Position numbers and translations under genes: made by a program
Notes under the pieces: generated by a model
The model's database searches: none
What the model was told of the DNA's origin: nothing
The model's input: the letters and a program-made list of their open reading frames with translations, nothing else
NCBI GenBank assembly: GCA_951406725.2
Contig: OX597819.1
Span: 127,100,001-127,164,000 of the forward strand
Direction: 5' to 3'
From: Octopus vulgaris
Taxonomy: Eukaryota
Length of the DNA: 64,000 nucleotides
Shown here: positions 51,737 through 64,000 of the stretch, one piece after another
How positions within the stretch are numbered: the first letter of the stretch is position 1
How the letters are laid out: every line of letters starts with the position of its first letter

Positions 51737-52974
51737 ATTTTACTTCGTCTTTCTCCTCCGCTTTCGTTGCTGCTTCTTTGATTCTCACATCCCCCATCAG
51801 CAACAAGAACACGAACAAAACCATAGCAACAGCGACGATGACGACAACAAAAACAACAAGGGGATTATGAAATAAAGCAAGAAAAGAAAAAAAGATGTAT
51901 TATCCAGATTTCCATTCTGTCGATCATTATCTCACAGTGCTGACAGGCGCTAAGACAAATGGGTATATATACTGTTCATGTATGTACACATGTGTGTATG
52001 TACTTTGAATGAATATATTTGTATGTATGGCTATATGCATATATATTATTATACATACACCCAACCACAAACATACGCATTTATACATATATACACATGT
52101 ATACATGTGTGTATGTACTTCGAGTGAATATGCTTGTTTTTGTGGGTATGTGCATATATATTATTATACATACACCCACACACAAAAATACGTATTTATA
52201 CATATATACACATGTATACATGTATGTATGTATATCCATACATAAAATAGAAACTGATGTATGAATATGTATGAATGTATCTACCTATTTATGTATATGT
52301 GTGTGTGCGTGTATGTGTGCGTGTGTGTATGTGTGTATTTTATAATAGGTCTTACAAGAAGAAGAACTGAAAACATAATAAAAGTTTAGAATGAAGTTTA
52401 ACTTGTAAGTTAAATTCCATTAAAGACAAAAATAGTTGCAGTAAAATTGACATCCAGTTAAAAACTACGGATTTCTCAGATGAAAGATGAAATCGTTTCC
52501 AAAAGGGAAATGTAGCAGTTCGCTTAAAATGATATTATTGGCATAACCATTACGAAAAGCAAAATTTCGGTATTCGGTCCATAGTAAATTATGTAATGTA
52601 AGTTAGTTAAATTAGAAATATATATGCCCCAAATTAAAGAATATGTATAAATATATACATATATATATAAATTTTATTTGTTAGGGAATAAAAATTTCTT
52701 TTTTATTTGGTGAGAGGTAGGAGTCTACTATCTCTAAATTAATATATATATATATATATATCAAAATAAGCAACAAGGATATCCAAGAAAGAGTAGTACA
52801 ATTCTTTCGTGCTACTTCATTTTATTAAACACTATAAGTATTACATCAGTTTTAAAATGTCGAGCAATCTTCAGCCATTTATAGAATTTTCCAATTAAAC
52901 GGACAATGCACATTCTTATCCCTATTCCATTTACCAACATTACAAAGAGGGTAGATATATAGACAGAGAGGTTA

Positions 52975-53028
<54 letters not shown>

Positions 53029-53687
53029 CTAGTTTGGGAGTATGTTGGGAATATGAAGGAAAGAATATGTACATAAAATATAAAGTATTTTAAACGGTAT
53101 AGCTGACTGAGAGAAGTTAATTAATGACGAGATAATCATCTGTACTTTCCCGCAGAAATAACTCCGAGTCAGTCGTTTTCGTGACAGTGTTGTCACTGTT
53201 GACGTTTCACCGCTGTCACAACTACCAATGTTATTTCTAGATATAAGTTTGAAACCAGAGGCAAAGGGGAGGATTTTATCAATAAAATCTCCATACGGTT
53301 TCAATGCACAAACTCTCCGATATGCAAGTGGATGAAAACTGTCAGCAGAAGTGCACCCAAGAATCATGATCTGGCTCCAGCCCGGCACCCTTGGCATGTA
53401 AGAAGTTAAGGACGGTTACACTTGTTTCAAGGAAAGCTTCCTCTTCGAAGTCCTTCTGCTGTTCAGCTCCCACGAGAGTTTCTTTTCACTGAAGTCCGAC
53501 CATTAACATCAGTAGTATGACCATTCAAATTCCAGACGTAATCAGATGCCGTTTTTTCTCTTTCTATAGTCTTCTGCTAATCTTAACGCCCTAAATTTCC
53601 AAGATGTTACCGTAAACTTAACCACAGACGTATCAAAACGTAAAGCACTGACATATATATGTGTGTATGTATGTATGCGTTTGTTTA

Positions 53688-53995
<308 letters not shown>

Positions 53996-54104
53996 ATATA
54001 TATATATGTGTATGTATGTATGTATGTATGTATGTATGTATGTATGTATGTATGTATGTATGTATGTATGCATGTATATATATGCATATATTTATGTATG
54101 TATT

Positions 54105-54610
54105 TATGTCATTATTCAGCTTTATTCCAAGATTTCTTGCCAATATAGAAAGAGCCGGTTTCTAACCTAGATCAAGGCTCCTTCATTGGAATTTCAACAT
54201 CAACAGGGGGTTTTTGTATGTATGTATACGTGCAGATTCCCATGTTTCGTTTTATGTATGTATTCTGATGGATATAGTTGCATAACTATACATACTCATA
54301 TATACTTAGTTGACAAACGTCTGGAAAATTTTACGTATTTTTACAGTTCCAGTAATGGATTGGATCTGTAGTCTTTGAATCAGCATTCTCCTTTCTGGTT
54401 TTGAGAAGCCTAATTTCTCAAGATTGGTATTTAGGCCGTGCGTTACATATCCCAGTGCCCCAATAATTACAGTTATTAAAACCTGAACTTGTAATCTGGA
54501 TAGAATAACTACAGATTTCTCAAGAGTTCAGCGTGGGTGTTCTCTTTTTCACTGATCTTCAGCTTTATGTTAATATCCGTTGGGAAGCTAATTTCAAAAA
54601 TTCTACACAG
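54105..54610 (-). pseudogene. 3' end of an R4/Dong-like RLE retrotransposon (endonuclease C-terminus + 3' UTR)
   Basis: Translation CRIFEISFPTDINIKLKISEKENTHAELLRNL...FYPDYKF..VIIGALGYV...LEKLGF...LQIQSITGTVKI. Confidence 0.75.
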
Positions 54611-54660
54611 TATGTACGTACGTCTGTATGTATACATGTATGTATAAATGAATTCATACA

Positions 54661-54744
<84 letters not shown>

Positions 54745-54746
<2 letters not shown>

Positions 54747-55037
54747 TGACCGACCAAGCTATCAGATGCTGCAACACATCGCTGGACACAATGCGCTTCG
54801 CATTGTTTTAGCCTTCAAATGATGCCACCCTGCTGGCTAAGCAAGCAGACCAACAGAAGAACGAGTGAGAGAAAGTTGTAGCGAAAGAGTACAGCAGGGG
54901 TCGCCACCATCCCCTGCCGGAGCCTCGTGGAGCTTTAGGTGTTTTCGCCCAATAAACACTCACAACGCCCGGTCTGGGAATCGAAACCACGATCCTACGA
55001 CCGCGAGTCCGCTGCCCTAACCACTGGGCCATTGCGC
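54745..55037 (-). mobile_element. SINE family B, tail type 4
   Basis: Family B head and body, then GTTGGTCTGCTTGCTTAGCCAGCAGGG...GCGAAGCGCATTGTG. Confidence 0.88.
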
Positions 55038-56238
55038 ATTCCCCCCCTCTCTCTATATATATGCATGCATTGGATACTCGTTACTAATGAAGCTGATGAA
55101 GCTATAATCCGGATTCAGCAGAGCACCGTAGCTGCTGGAGGACTTGGTTTTACATTCCTGCCTTCCTAAGCATGTGACCGTTTGTGTCTGGCACGTGTAC
55201 ACCAGTTTAGGTGACACATTCGGGTGTCAGAATGTCGTAGATTCTGCACAAACGTACACCACTGAAAATAAATTCTTTGCGTACTTTGTTCATTAGTGAA
55301 GATTTAAAAAAATATATTTCACCAATGTCCTGTGGTTATGAATTCATAATGTGTATGACAGGCAAAGAATGTTACTGTAGACATCTAGTCTAGACTTACC
55401 ACCCACTTGACGTTGGTGACGGTTCTTTGGTGAATGAATGTGGACAAATGCGTTAGAAGTAGTCTCTGGCTTCACAAGACCGTCGTCAGCTACCATACAC
55501 GTTGTTACTCATCCGATGGCATAGTTAGTAATATATGCGCGCTCGCATTTGAATTTGTATGTGTGTCTGTGCGCGCGTACAGACACACACATATTCCACA
55601 GGATCTCCCCAAACTAGATACCAATATCTAAGCATTATCTAAGCCTAAGTAGATTACCAATGAAAAGAAACAAACAATAACAATGCAAGCGATCCCCTGA
55701 AATTATGAACCCCCAAATGCTTTCCATTTTTACGAGAATGAACGACAAAACAGAATAAGGAGATTTAGATATAAGACATTCATAATTAAGTTTAACATAT
55801 GTGTATTCCTATCATCAGCTGCCAAACGGTTGTCATTAGGTTTTCGACAGCCCTGGGCAGTACCATTTAATCTGGCGGTATCGACAGCGTTAAAATATAA
55901 GCGTTGTCTAGGAATCCACTAGCTTATTACGAGTAGCCACATAAAAAGAAACGAATAGTTTTAACTTAGAGTTACAAAATAGTACTTATAAAATAAAGAA
56001 CTTATTCCAAAACGAACATTCAGAAAATACATACACTATTAGATCCTTTGTTTCTCATTCAGAGCATTTTACTATATTTATCTGACGAAATGATATTCAT
56101 CAACACAGTATAATATTTATAATATATGCTACACAGCTATAAGCAGCTGATAGGGGTGTGTTGAAACAATTGCAGTGATATGTCATAAAACATATTCATT
56201 CAATCAATCTTCTCTTATTATTAATAATAACACACACA

Positions 56239-56305
<67 letters not shown>

Positions 56306-56376
56306 CACACAAACAAGCAAACAAACACACATAAACACACTCGTGTACACACTCACACACACATATTTTGTAAATA

Positions 56377-57320
56377 TTATGTTGTTCCGAAAATAATGGC
56401 CAATTTCAGAAACATAATTTTATCTTGGAAAAAGGTAACAATAGAAATGTTTTGACTAATCAAAGTATGAACCCTGAACAATTATGCATCTCTGCCATCG
56501 ATCAACGAAATTGTTTATGCCTCGTTGATAAATACGTATTGGCTTTTGATGCTAAGAAAGCTGATTCCACCTCTGGTTTGGACCTGGAAGTTTTATCACT
56601 TAAAAACGTGTTTAAATGTTTAAAAAATGGGAGTCAATGGGTGAAAGATCAAGAGAATATGGAGGATGTGGTAAAGTCTCGTATCCCAGTCTGTGAGTTT
56701 CTGCAGTGTCATTCTTGCAACATCTGGTTTTGTATTATCGTGGAGCAGAATTGGGCCACGCTGATTCACTAATGCAGGTCCCATGTTTTGCAAGTGAGCA
56801 TGCATTTTCATGAGTTAATTGCAGTAAACCTCTGCTCTAATTCTCTGATTGGTTTTCAGAAAGCTGTAATGCACATCACCAATTGCAGACCACCAGACAG
56901 TCACTATAATCTTTTGTGATGCAACTTTGGCTTTGGGAAATGTTTGGGGGACTTATCATGTTCAAGCCATTGACCTGGTCGTTTACGGTTATCATAAAGG
57001 ATCCACTTTTCGTCACATGTGACTATTCGGTCAAGAAAAGGATCATTGCTGTTTCGCAGTACACTTCAAAGCGCCGAACTTTTTGATTTTCGTTGAGCTC
57101 ATGCGGTACCCATTTATCAAGCTTTTTCATCTTACCAATCTTCTGCAGATTGCGTGAGACAGTTGCAATACCGACACTAAACGCCTGAGACATTTCTCTG
57201 ACACTTTGACATGGGGTTTGTTCAACAATTGCTTTTAATTGTTCATTGTTAAGACTGTATGACCGTCCTCTACCTTCTTCATCTTCAAGGCTCTCATCAC
57301 CACTACGGAGTTGTAACGCT
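56377..57320 (-). mobile_element. mariner fragment with one TIR
   Basis: TA|TTATGTTGTTCCGAAAATAATGGCC end. Motifs WVPHEL and LLHDNTKP. Frameshifted. Confidence 0.85.
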
Positions 57321-58263
57321 TTTCTTCTAGGATGAACTGGGAATAAACTACAACATATCATTTAGCCTATTTGTTTCCAATGCTGTTTTGTCCTCTGATA
57401 TATACATACATACATACATATATACGTACGTACTACATACATACATGCATACATACATATTAATGTTTCTTTTCATTTCAAGTTATATATAAAATCAGTA
57501 AAAGTGAAGGAATGCTCAATATATTTTGGTAGAGTCGACATTTATTTACTTTAACAGGGAACATTTATTAACTTTTATTAACTTTTATTAACTTTTACAA
57601 GGGAATATATTGAGAGGAATTTAAATGACACAAAAGTTGTGATTTTAGCTGAAATCGTCTCTGAATGTTGACAATCTCAGGAAGCCGCTTTTCAATTATC
57701 ATTGCTCAAGAAATATTTTATAAAGATAGATAAAGACTCCTTTAGTGTCTCACCAATTCTCCATTCTAAGATAACTGGTATCAAGTTACACAAGGATTCA
57801 GTTATTGGAGGGACACACTTTTTAACCTCACCCATTTTCGTTCGTCGCCTTTATCTGTTCTTTAGTTGCATTATGCATCTGTAAGTGGAACAAACGTTTG
57901 TGTTTGACAGACAAATTACATATACGCATAGAATCCTACATATTGAGGTTAGCACTATGCTACAGTCATTGCGAGCATTATTGGGCTTGTGGACAAATTT
58001 GAGAATCTAAATAAACGGTACCGTATGAAACTAGTTTAGTTGGGAACATATGACTCTTAAATCATAATTTATTGACCTAAAGTAATTTCATACATAAGGA
58101 AATAAACTATAACGGTGAAGATAAATTTAAAAATATAAACTTGATACTATAGATTAAATCATCTCTTAGTATTACTTTTCAGTATTTATGTTCACAAACC
58201 AGGCAAAAACTGTATAACACGCTTATATGTACAGACAAGTTGGTTAACAGAAATTCACACTCA

Positions 58264-58673
58264 GGCGACGAGCTGGCAGAAACGTTAGCGCGCCGGGCGA
58301 AATGCTTAGCGGTATTTCGTCCGTCGTTACGTTCTGAGTTCAAATTCCGCCGAGGTCGACTTTGCCTGTCATCCTTTCGGGGTCGATTAATTTAGTACCA
58401 GTTACGCACTGGGGTCGATGTAATCGACTTAATCCGTTTGTCTGTCATTGTTTGTCCCCTCTGTGTTTAGCCCCTTGTGGGTAATAAAGAAATAGGTATT
58501 TCGTCTGCCGTTACGTTCTGAGTTCAAATTCCGCCAGGTCGACTTTACCTTTCATCCTTTCGGGGTCCATAAATTAAGTAGCAGTTACGCACTGGCGTCG
58601 ATGTAATCGACTTAATCCCTTTGTCCTTGTTTGTCCCCTCTATGTTTAGCCCCTTGTGGGCAATAAAGAAATA
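58264..58673 (+). mobile_element. SINE family C dimer with a single TSD
   Basis: Same dimer junction as 10434. TSD AGAAATTCACAC(T/A)CA at 58249-58263 and 58674-58688. Confidence 0.92.
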
Positions 58674-59200
58674 AGAAATTCACACACACACACAATCATA
58701 CACACATACACACACGTGTGTGTGTGTGTACGAATGTGTGTATGTATATGCACATATATAACATATATACATTCATATGTGTGATTGTTTATTTGGTTCA
58801 GTCTTCGTCTTCTTTACGCTTCAGTTCTTTCGTATATGTGAGACAAAAGCTGTCCCAGGCTCTTGAGTATCGGCCCATTTATTGCTTCTTTTGTTAAATA
58901 CTATCGTTGCGAGAGCAGCCGTAAGTGAAGAATAAACTCAACAGAGAAGCCCTTTTCACTTCTGTGACGACTTGAAGGAAGGAATTGTGTATAGCTGACC
59001 ATTAGTATGGGGAATCTCATGGATATCTGAGTTGGTACAGTCGAAAGCATTGGAAGCACTATTGAAAATATGATGTCAAAGAGTAAGAAATCTAGGATGC
59101 AGCTTTGTCTGACTCAATTTGCTATACCAAATAATTCTACGGGGCTAGATCAATGGATTTGCATTTCCGGCGCAATCAAGTTTATACACATCAAGTACAA

Positions 59201-59337
59201 ATAATATAACACATTCACCGGTAAAATTTCCATTTTTTAAATTTTCATTTTCCTAAAATTTTCGTTGCATCTTGCAACCTTCTCCTCAAGATAAGAAAAA
59301 AAAGTGGAAATTTTACCAGTGAGTGTGTTATATTATA
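59201..59337. repeat. Inverted repeat (~37-bp arms) around a GTTGCA/TGCAAC hairpin
   Basis: ATAATATAACACATTCACCGGTAAAATTTCCATTTTT pairs with AAAAAGTGGAAATTTTACCAGTGAGTGTGTTATATTAT. The adjacent 59384-59425 matches 40604-40645. Confidence 0.8.
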
Positions 59338-59849
59338 AGGCACAAAAAGAAAATGACTCTCCCCAGACACAATAGAATATGCTTCAACACACGAACTCAC
59401 ATAAAGAATCTTGCAAACCAAATCCAAAAACGAAATCAAGTACAAAGCTATCTGTAAGTTCATAAATTATATTTAGTGAAGATTTGAAATCGTCCATATC
59501 TAAATTCCCACTGAAGTTTCGGGCTTCGGGATCCAGTTGTTACAATCAGTAAGCTAGGTATCAGCATAGCAATGGACGCTAGGGGGTCATGATTATAGGA
59601 TAACAATTCCTATCAGAGCAAAATGTGAAAGACTCACTGTCGATACCTTTGTGAGATGCTATGTCTGGGTGGAGATGGCCGACCGAGGAAGTCTGATTAT
59701 TCTTGAATCTCTCCCTACATCTTAGAGATGATGATCTAGTTGTCTCACATGTAATGAGAAGCTACATTACCAATGATTCAGAAAGGATCTGACGGGAATA
59801 TTCAAGGGGTTTGATTCAAATATTATTAAATTACAAATATTACTATTAG

Positions 59850-60115
59850 TAAATGCTCCAAAACCGATTGTCAAACGGTGGGGAGAACATTACAGAAAAA
59901 CAAAAATAAATACACACACAGACACACACACGCAGACACACACACAAACACACAAACACACACATAAAAACATACACGCAACACACACACATACAACGGG
60001 TTTCTTTCAGTTTCTGCCTACCAAATCCATTCACACGGCTTTAATCGGCCCGAGGCTACAGCAGAAGGCATTTACCCAAGATGCCATGTAGTGGGACTGA
60101 GCCTGGAACCATGTG
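59850..60115 (-). mobile_element. Degenerate SINE family A copy
   Basis: Diverged family A body (TTCTTTCAGTTTCTGCCTACCAAATCC...GTGGGACTGAGCCTGGAACCATGT). Confidence 0.8.
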
Positions 60116-60275
60116 ACTTGCTCCTATTATGTTCAGATTAACTATTTTTACCGAGACATTGTTTACAGCATAACATGCTACAACCGAATACATCCATCAG
60201 TTCTGTCCACATACAACCGTTGAGTATCGAAATAGAGCAATTGTCCTTCTGAGGAGAGTTCTCTTTCTCAAACTC

Positions 60276-60338
<63 letters not shown>

Positions 60339-61416
60339 ACGCTCATTCTACCACGCAAGTACCGGACTGAAATCAAATAAAACCGCTAAGTGGTGTCCCA
60401 CTATAGCCACATCTCAACTGTAGCAACCAGTGAGAAAATGTCTTGAATTTGTATATATTCAATATAATTACAAATTTGATACATATTTGACATGATATCG
60501 TTAGTACATATATTTATCGTCGCTTTGAAAATAGATCATGTGATTAAACTAGGGGAGATTCAATGGCCAGGGAGAAAGATCTACGGATTAGTTTTGAATT
60601 ACGTTAAAACCTTCGTCAGTATTCACTTATTTTCGTCTGATTGCTGAGTGAACGAACTTGTTTTAAAGAAAAGCGATTAAAGAAATCCGAGAAGATATTC
60701 TCCTCAAAATGAACGATTGTTTAATACTTTGTGAAGGAGAGGCAAAATATGACACTATTATAGTGAAAGAAGCAGAAATCCTTCACTCATTTCACTCTAG
60801 TCAGCCTGATATTACGTAAAAGTATTCTCCGGTGGTACAGCCGTATATGTTATTTGATCTCACCTCTTATACATCTTAAGTATTATATTATGTCACGAAT
60901 GTAGTTTGGTGGAATGATAACACTGAGATTGCTATACTTATGAACAGAGACATGGGCTTAAGAGACAGACGATAGTGAAGAAATCATGGTAGCAATATAA
61001 TTTCACTCTTATGTCTTGCTTTAAGATACTTAAAATATTTTAATTTAAATTGGAAACGATATCAGGAGATATTGTCATATCAGAGAAGACCTTAAAAAAT
61101 CACTAATATGAATACAGAGAACCCAGTATGAGATCAAAGGCCTCGATTACTGACCAGTATTTCCTCGGCTTTCCTGGTTAGAATATGCGGAAGTCCACCA
61201 GGAATATATCAGTGAAAGATATCGACAGTGGTAAGAAAACTGACAAAACGGTGGCTGTTGATGAAAACACTTGCAATATTCGTTTCACCCGAGTTACACA
61301 GGATGTCTATTGTCACTTTTGCCGCCGTTAATGTATTGAATCAGTTGTGATTGACCCGTTGGAAATCTGCAGACGACGTCATTGTTCACAAACTGCGATA
61401 TAACTCAAAATAAACG

Positions 61417-61448
61417 CTACACTTTGATCTTAACCAAAAGGCCGAGAA
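61417..61448 (-). pseudogene. U2: Truncated U2 snRNA 5' fragment (retropseudogene)
   Basis: Minus strand TTCTCGGCCTTTTGGTTAAGATCAAAGTGTAG closely matches the conserved metazoan U2 5' end. Flanked by AAAATAAA direct repeats. Confidence 0.8.
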
Positions 61449-61919
61449 AATAAATACGAAATAAGCAGCTAAAATACCCATTAGGTTTCACTGTCCGATC
61501 TCTCTTTTATGTCGTGTTCAAATCAAATTTCGTGTCACTAGAGACGCACTTTTATCGCTGACATAAATACTGATGCACTTTGTTGCTTTTGACCAGTTGT
61601 GTAGTAAAATGTCGATTCACATCGAAGTCTGTCGCAGATTTGATATCAAGAGTTTTGTATCACAAGATTTTAATCAACTACATTCCATTCCTGTCGAAAT
61701 ATTCTTCCTTTTCATTTGGTATATATCTTTTTATCATTTATTTATTGCTTCTGCCATATAAATAAGGTAAACCCGTGAATGGACAGAGTCGTCAGAACGC
61801 CGTACACAACGTCATGCGATATTTATCCTCGCTCTGAGTTCAAGTGCCGCTCAGAGCAAATTTTCTATACTCATTTTCGAGGCCTATGATTAAAGTAAAA
61901 GTTCAAGACTATGATCTTT

Positions 61920-62003
61920 CATTTTTTCTTTCTTTCTTTCTTTCCTTCTTTCTTTATTTTTTTTATTTCTGTTTTTCTTTTTTTCTGTCATTCTTTCTTT
62001 CAT

Positions 62004-62075
<72 letters not shown>

Positions 62076-62348
62076 TATTTATTTCTGTCTTTCTTTTTTT
62101 CTGTCATTCTTTCTTTCATTCTTTCTTTCTTTCTTTTTTTCTTTTTTTCTTCCTTTCTTTCTTTATTTCTTTCTTTCTGTTTGTCTGTCTTTCTTTCTTT
62201 CTTTCTTTTTTCTTTCTTTCTTTCTTTCTTTTTTTCTTTCTTTCATTCATTCTTTCTTTCTTTATTTATTTATTTGTCTTTCTTTTTTTCTGTCATTCTT
62301 TCTTTCATTCTTTCTTTCTTTCTTTTTCCTTTCTTTCTTCCTTTCTTC

Positions 62349-62387
<39 letters not shown>

Positions 62388-62388
62388 T
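61920..62388. repeat. (CTTT)n-rich polypyrimidine tract with higher-order repeats
   Basis: Read directly; TTTTCTGTCATTCTTTCTTTCATTC recurs three times. Confidence 0.95.
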
Positions 62389-62678
62389 CGATAGCTGTAA
62401 CTGTAATTAAAAGATCCGACCTCATAACATCATGTCATGTTAGTTCGTCGAGAGAAGTACGTTAACAGTTTAAATGTCTTTGGAATACTCGGTCACTTAT
62501 CAATTTCACGAATAAGAATATTTGGTCGAACAATTGAACACCCATTGCGGACACCGGCGGATAATCCACCCGTAATGAAATATAATTCGTAGTATAGCAA
62601 GCATTTATATTCCCTATCGGGTACCTAGAGGGTACCTTGTCTCTGTCTTTCTCTCACTTATTCATGCATGTGTATGTG

Positions 62679-62962
<284 letters not shown>

Positions 62963-63084
62963 GCCTATCTACCTATATATATGTATGTGTATACATACAT
63001 ACATACACACATACATACATATAGTCAATAGTTGTTTCTATGTGAAGTCATACCTAAAATAATTCGACTTTACACGAAACAATC

Positions 63085-63400
63085 CAGTTTCAATTTCTGG
63101 CCTCTTAATTCCCGAGATTGTAATCTCACAGATTACAATATCTCAGCAGCATTTAATTCAAGATGTTGGCCAACATCGAAGGAGTATTCGAAGATTTTAC
63201 TGCGAGGAATGCATGCGTCAGGTTCCAGAGCTGTCTTCAGTCTGTGGCGAAATCTGAGGGTGGTTCCTTTGAGTAAAGCATTATCCTGCAGCCACAATGT
63301 ATTTCATATTTGATTGTTTTTAAAATTATATTTATTTTTGGATGAGATATTGTGTTTTCTTTCTCTTTTATGCCAGCTATCAAATTTTCCCGATCACTGT
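63085..63400 (+). mobile_element. 3' fragment of a maT/DD37D-like transposon
   Basis: FWPLNSRDCNLTDY (cf. WPPNSPDCNPLDY) and ACVRFQSCLQSV (cf. ACGRFRSRLEAV). Confidence 0.65.
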
Positions 63401-63442
63401 GTGTGTACTACGTACATACATACATACATATTCATTCGCCAT

Positions 63443-63622
63443 GATAGATCGTTAGCCGCTACACACATTTTTTCTCTCCTTCTTTTTTCTGTGTCACTTT
63501 CTGTAGAAGAGCGTAGGCTCGAAACGTAAAAGACTTTTTCTATTCCTGAGCGTTATACTAATACATCTGTTTGTTTTGTACACCACCTGCCTTCGTCTTT
63601 TGTTTTTTTTAGTAAACTCTCC
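63443..63622 (+). repeat. Copy of the hammerhead-like dispersed repeat
   Basis: Near-identical to 21516-21710. Confidence 0.8.
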
Positions 63623-63637
63623 CTATATATATATATA

Positions 63638-63669
<32 letters not shown>

Positions 63670-64000
63670 CATATATATATACATGCACGTCGCATACGTA
63701 TATATACACATACGTATATATACATACATACACACACACATACATACACAAATGCACACACACACAAACACACGCATATGTATATATCTTCCCACAAACA
63801 GATAAATTGTGTAATCACATACAAATAGTAATGTATTAATCTAAGATCGAATATTTTCAGTGTTTGGCAGAACCTGTTGTAAATCATCACACTGGATGGT
63901 CATGAATAGGAGAAAGATACACTTGCCTAACGACCAAAGACTAGTGAGGCCATTGGGAAATAGAGAGAGAGAGAGAAGCGAGAGAGAAAGACAGGGTGAA

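Noticed and set aside
51204-51824. polyH/polyD/polyS ORFs as a metal-binding or biomineral protein
   Set aside because: A trinucleotide repeat open in several frames on both strands, with no supported splice or start context.
55808-55860. Hairpin CTGCC-GGTTGTC/GACAGCC-GGCAG as a miRNA or snoRNA
   Set aside because: Too short and bulged, with no box motifs or other support.

Overview
AT-rich, microsatellite-dense eukaryotic DNA. I found no host protein-coding exon I can support. The SINE repertoire and composition suggest an octopus/cephalopod intron or intergenic region (inference). The window is a mosaic of transposable elements: at least 4 tRNA-derived SINE families, six Tc1/mariner-superfamily elements or fragments plus one nested rosa-like element, two RTE LINEs, R4/Dong-like fragments, Helitron-like elements, a TIR MITE and Penelope-like remnants with hammerhead-like motifs. 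Two long retroelements stand out. (1) An R2-A-architecture element (three N-terminal zinc fingers, Myb, RT, RLE; ~31529-35477) sits outside rDNA, next to a Helitron-like repeat, with a possible 9-bp TSD. (2) A CR1-group LINE (~45768-50108) is one base from an intact ORF2, has an unusual ORF1 (Myb/SANT-like, polyQ, two CCCH fingers) and is embedded in (TA)n. Other notable items are hammerhead-bearing palindromes, a SINE head with four different tails, a recurrent SINE dimer, a twin-primed RTE and a tailless U2 snRNA retro-fragment. Most short ORFs in the track are microsatellite artefacts. Coordinates were read by eye and may be off by a few bases.
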